Positions 58,891-64,000 of a stretch of DNA of 64,000 nucleotides are shown here, in pieces. A model generated the notes under the pieces. It was not told where the DNA came from, ran no database searches, and was given only the letters and a program-made list of their open reading frames with translations. This DNA is from Oopsacas minuta (taxonomy: Eukaryota > Animalia > Porifera): the NCBI GenBank assembly GCA_024704765.1, contig JAKMXF010000188.1:300718-364717 (forward strand), given 5' to 3'. Position 1 is the stretch's first letter, and each line of letters opens with the position of its first letter. Both the position numbers and the translations under genes were made by a program.

Positions 58891-59724
58891 CAACTGACGC
58901 CAGGTTAATTCCCCTATTTCCCTGAATAGGGGCCAGCGCTTATTCAAGCCCCAGCCGCTCGGCGCTTCTTTTTTTACAATTGGGAAGTAATTATCCCCTG
59001 GGTAACAACGTATCCTGTATTGTTTTGAGCTTTCATGGGTTTTCCCATAGCTTTAGCTCAAAACAATGTAGCATGTATTGTTTTGAGCTAAAAGCTATGG
59101 GAAACTCCATGGGGATTCCCATAGAAATTCGATTCCCACGGCAACCTGGTGAAAACCTATTATTCAGTAATACTTCTACTGATTCCTTTATCTAACAACT
59201 CCAGCTGTCATTTCTACCATGGGCATTACAATAGCCAGACATGTAGTTATTAGTATAGCCTAGTGGGATGTTGTCTGCTACAATACCTTTCATCCAGCAG
59301 GTTTCTATTCTATATACTAGCACTATTTGTAACTATGATAATTCGATATGATCTATCAGGTTGATTCCATTTACTTTCTATATTTAATCAATTTTTCACT
59401 TACCAGTTTATCCCATCTGTATGACTTGATTTTCGAATTGCGATCGATATCCTCTTCTCGAATTCTACATGTATACTCCACAGGTGCTAAGTATTATTCT
59501 ATTAGCAAATCATAGATGGAATCGGTCGGGTCGGGTTATTAACAAGTACAAGCTGACCGATTCTACCTCTGTAGTATTTTGACTCACACGAAGTCTTGCA
59601 ACTAATTTTGGTTGTAAACAATACATTCCAGTGATGTACGTATATTATATTCTTTGGCTGCTACGAATTTGAAATACGGTAGTTGCCCTTTTCTAGGTTA
59701 TTAAGTAGCCATTTGTGATTCCTG

Positions 59725-59902
59725 ACGCGATTATATATAATTCACCATCTTTACTACTTAATCAAGTATATCTTTCAATTCTAAACCAAGCGTCTTCGTT
59801 CTCGATGTAAGAACAGTGTTGTTATAATGGAGGGTTATATTTATTGACTCTAGCTACAAACCCTTTCATCTTACGTGTCATTGCAAGAGCACCGTCTGTC
59901 CA
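59725..59902 (-). mobile_element. Decayed Buster/Charlie hAT transposase fragment
   Basis: TDGALAMTRKMKGFVARV..HRE..LKDILD*VVKMVNYI matches the recalled consensus CTDGAxAMxG..GFVARV..HC.IHRE..LxxVVKxVNFI. Confidence 0.75.
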
Positions 59903-60394
59903 GATCATTCAGATGACCAGAACTTTCTAAACGTCCTTAGCCCACTTAACCGAGACACCCCAAAAACTGCGTAACTTCAACCAAACCCTTACAAATTCTG
60001 TACAAGTACGAATACAAGAATATAATCTGTAAAATACACGAAAAATAAAATGGACAGAAATAACATAAAATGTATTTCGACAAACATCATTTTAGAACTA
60101 ACATATAGCAAGACAGTACACGAAATTTACGTTATAATTGTTTATAAATTTAACATTCAAGAACTATTAAATCTCCATCCAAACATAACTATAATTAGAC
60201 AATTCTGTCAATCAACTCACAACACTGAGATATCAACCTAAAATCACTTAGCAAGTTTACAAAAGACTAGAAAATCCATACAGATAGAATAATTTTGTGA
60301 GAGGCTAAAGGTTCTTCAGAGGAAGAATAATTAAAATATTTATTAGTACTAAATGTTTATGCTACATCCTCTCTCCAATAATGTTTATAAACTG

Positions 60395-60540
60395 TTAAAA
60401 ATTAGTACTGTACAGAGATAATCTTTGTAAAACAGAAATAACACAGACAGTGACATAATGTTATCCGACAACCACATTGTAGAACAGACTTATTAAGATG
60501 TCATACATACCTACAACATTAAAACAGCGACTAAACTCTT
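60395..60540 (+). repeat. ~145-bp direct repeat, copy 1 (copy 2 at 61474-61616)
   Basis: AATTAGTACTGTACA..TTTGTAAAACA..AATGTTATCCGACAAC..CATTGTAGAAC..ATTAAAACAGCGACT.AACTCTT shared by both copies. Confidence 0.85.
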
Positions 60541-60559
60541 CGTACTCAATATAATGTGA

Positions 60560-61450
60560 TGAACTCAACTAAATCAAAACTATAATTACTGGTAGTGGTA
60601 TTCTTCAATGGTCTATTTTGGTCCCTTACTCTTCCTGACATTTTATAAATGACCTCCCTCTTCACACAAACTTAATTATAGATATGTATGCGGATGATAC
60701 GACAGTTACAACAACTGGAGCTATAGCTGATGGTGTAAATATAACAAGATGTTATATTACATAGAAACAACAAAAGAAATGGTTATCAGGTCAACTGGGA
60801 AATCTGACAAAGGTGTAGATTTGGGAATAGATAAGCAATACGAAGATTGAAAACATAAATAGACATAGACTCCTGAGGGTGAGTATTGATGTAAACCTGA
60901 CATGGAAACCATATTAAGACAGTTCGATTAGCAGCTCGTAGAAAGGTATCTCTGCTTCTGAAACTAAAGAAATACCAACCTCTTGAAAGAAGGAAGTTGT
61001 TTAATATACATATATATTCTGAATAATGACATATGCCTCTACTGTATGGGGGAAGTGTCCCGCTCTGGATAATCTGAAAGATTACAAAAACTATCAGCAA
61101 GATTTATTTTAGATATTAAGGATATTAGGGTCAATACCAAATAGTTTTATACCAAACTAGATTGGGTCCCTATTAGCACTCGTGTCTACATCAGATTAGC
61201 TTTTATAGTATAATACAGCAATGAATTATCTATTGGCCTTATATGTTAAACTATTGTTTACTCAGATTAGAGACATACAATCGCGCACAAGAAGTTCAAA
61301 AGAAAATATACTGTATATCCCTGAAGTCAAAAGGATTTATAGACAATTGTAGGTTATAGGGACCAATCATCTGGAATAGTTTATCCTATCAAATTTGAAC
61401 TTCAACCAACCAAGAAACCTTTCTTAAACTATATACAAATTACTTCAAAG
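60560..61450 (+). mobile_element. 5'-truncated, decayed CR1/L2-clade LINE (RT domain and C-terminus)
   Basis: SILGPLLFLTFINDLP (~60612-60660), MYADDTT (YADD 60687-60698), LLRVSIDVNLTWK, YASTVWG, RLQK..ARFILD, IIWNSL; many stops and indels. Confidence 0.85.
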
Positions 61451-63541
61451 ATCAATCTTCTCTCTACAACTCTTTAAAATTAGTACTGTACAAAGATAAA
61501 GTTTGTAAAACAAATATAACATATTAGTGACAGAATGTTATCCGACAACACATTGTAGAACTAACGTATTAAAATTCCATACATATCTACAATATTAAAA
61601 CAGCGACTGAACTCTTAACTATGTTACAAACGAAATTATATTGTTCCTGTATTGCTGAAGTTGAAGTCTTAATACTAATACAACGATATTTTCTAAACGA
61701 AACAGAAATAAAGTTAAATTCCACACGTGTACCCTAATACCTATTCTTATCATAACTAAAAAGAATCCTACCCCTTATACATCATGCAAGAGAAGATTTA
61801 CAAACCTTAATATGCCACATAGATGGGTATTGCAGCTAATAACTCTTTGAGAACGCAAACTATTATGAAAGCTTTGGAAGACTGTCAATACATGATAATA
61901 CCTATATGATAAGTTGAATTAACTGGAATAACTGTAGTTGTCAATAAGCTAGATCTACAAATTTTGTTAAATGGTTGATACAGGAAAATCTGTAAGCACA
62001 AAACAAACAATGGCAAACTATCATTACAAACATCATTGTCGAATAGAAATCAGGAAAAATCTCTGAGCTCGAGCGACAATATTAGAAAGGGATTACATCA
62101 TTTTTCAATGCAAACTGGGATGTAGCTACACATATGAATCTCAGCATATTTCAAATTGCTCTACAGAGAAATCATTTCTACCTACACATCTTAAAAATAT
62201 ATGTATATAGGACCAGAGAATATGAATGACGCAGCTACGAAATTTAACAGAAAACATGTACTAAGAAATTCCTGAATATGACAGAAACTACACCGAAATG
62301 TATACACTCCTATACATTCGATTAATACTTTTTCGGAGTTAGCCTTTAATATTATAATTATACTGTGAGTACTTCAAAATTCGTTGACAAATTGTACTAT
62401 TCCCTGGCCCGACACAACCAATTTAAACCCTCTCACAAAAATGTACATACTGGCTACCCAAAAGTCACAAATATAACTTAAACAGAATACACACGGAAAG
62501 ATACATTAATTTACAAAACAACAATAGAACACATTATGAACAATATTATACAACGAAAAACTAAGCATATATAATTATACACAAATATCATGAAGCGATC
62601 AGTTTTAATTGCTAAAGAAATCTAGCAGCGACGAAGATGTTGTCAAATATCCTAAATCCAGAAAGCTAAATATTTGAAACTGAAACGATTCCTATAACTA
62701 AAGAAGAGAATAAATCCCTACACAGTGCACTATTTCAGCATATACCCACAGACAAGGCAACTAACGAGCTACTACTTATGAACATTTAATTCGACCTCTC
62801 TAGTCTCTATGAAATTTTGCCTATAAATGTCCAGACGACAGCCTGGGAATTCAGCTCGGACATCTGGGTGCTTTTACAATGGTTAGTCGTTAGAAATAAA
62901 TTATTTCTATCATTTAAATATAAGCCTAAGTGAGTTGGATTAGCTTTAATTCTAGCCCATATTGTGATTCCAATGTCTTTTAACTTGCAATTTGAGCTAT
63001 CTGGATATATTTTGGTGGATAATGTAGGACAATTTCCCAGCTTTAAATACTTGTAGGACCATAGGACAGAACTTGCCATTGGGCAAATTCCGATACTTTT
63101 GGGTGACTAATTCCTACATTTCCTCTTTTACAGATATCTGAAGTTCAACGAATATTTTTCATATCCAAATGAAATATAATTCGTTAGATGTTTAGTTTCT
63201 ATAAATATATTCGCAGCATAATTATATTATAATAGACTAATTCTTTGAAAATTGCCCATCAATTATGAATTATTCGATCTCATGAATTAGTCAACCAAGC
63301 ACTTGTTGGCCAATCATAGGGAGACTCAAGATCATGAGTCCAGAATTGGAATCGGTCCACTTTTCAGAACCCGAACCGACCCGAACCCGACGATCTTCAG
63401 CCCCAAACTGAATTTCCTCTAAAATATATGTTTTGTTGACATTTTAACTAATATAAGCCAAGCAAGTTTTCTTTTGATGTTTTTCAGCTGAATATGATAT
63501 CTCCAGCGCCTCCACTGTTTCTGGAGAAAGTAAAGTTCTCC

Positions 63542-63598
63542 ACTCATTGAGTGTTAGTCCACAGGATGAGAAATCATGTGGACTAACACTCACTGAGT
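63542..63598. other. 57-nt hairpin (22-bp stem with one mismatch)
   Basis: ACTCATTGAGTGTTAGTCCACA - GGATGAGAAATCA - TGTGGACTAACACTCACTGAGT. Confidence 0.85.
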
Positions 63599-64000
63599 TC
63601 TGATTGTGCACTAGAACATTGTGCCGCAAACAACATTTTTGCCAATTGGCTTAGAATTGGAAATCTCCTTTGTTCTGGCAATATTATCATTTAATAATAT
63701 TTCTTTCAAAAATAGAATTAAATCATTGAATTAGAAATTCCGCACAAAGTTCGAACTGATCAACTTCCAACCCGATTCCAACTCTGCATCAGTCCCATTG
63801 TCTGTATTCATTTAATTGTCTTCATTATTGTTATTGTATAATGTGGAATACGTAGTTACTTGTTTGAAATATCTAGAATGTGTTTCACGAGTGTTATCTT
63901 AGCAGCCGATTCAAATCCCCACTAAAACACCTTTTTCTCAAAAAGTATGAGTTCTATTTTGAAAAGAACCATATCAGTGTCAAGAAGAAAGTTGATACAT

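Noticed and set aside
62807-63079. 90-aa minus-strand ORF
   Set aside because: No motif, and adjacent frames do not assemble into a coherent gene
1-64000. rRNA, tRNA or snRNA genes
   Set aside because: No cloverleaf, A/B-box pair or rRNA-like conserved tract recognised by eye; tRNAscan-SE/Infernal would be needed to exclude them

Overview
AT-rich eukaryotic (animal) genomic DNA, not prokaryotic: it has GT-AG introns and no operons, rRNA, tRNA or CRISPR arrays that I could see. The compact, intron-poor genes and the NHL/TRAF/7TM lineage-specific families suggest an early-branching animal such as a glass sponge (inference only). Intact conserved genes: a CHST8-14-type carbohydrate sulfotransferase, TTC8/BBS8 (4 exons), an MGAT4-family GlcNAc transferase lacking the C-terminal lectin domain, RWDD3, RNPS1 and a single-exon rotatin (RTTN). 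Between them lie lineage-specific or decaying genes: a ~1300-aa Gly-rich protein broken by two -1 frame breaks, a type-I receptor relic with four tandem NPDY/YxxM motifs, two paralogs with a gene-conversion-like tract, and NHL, TRAF and kinase pseudogenes. A complete two-ORF PIF/Harbinger transposon (37170-40011, CAG target duplication) sits inside the coding region of a 7TM gene; removing it in silico restores the reading frame. The rest is a dense mix of hAT and Tc1/pogo-type MITEs, Helentron-associated-like repeats with internal 140/142-bp tandem units, and Buster, Chapaev-like and CR1/L2 LINE remnants. All assignments come from reading the sequence and recalled family motifs; no searches were run.
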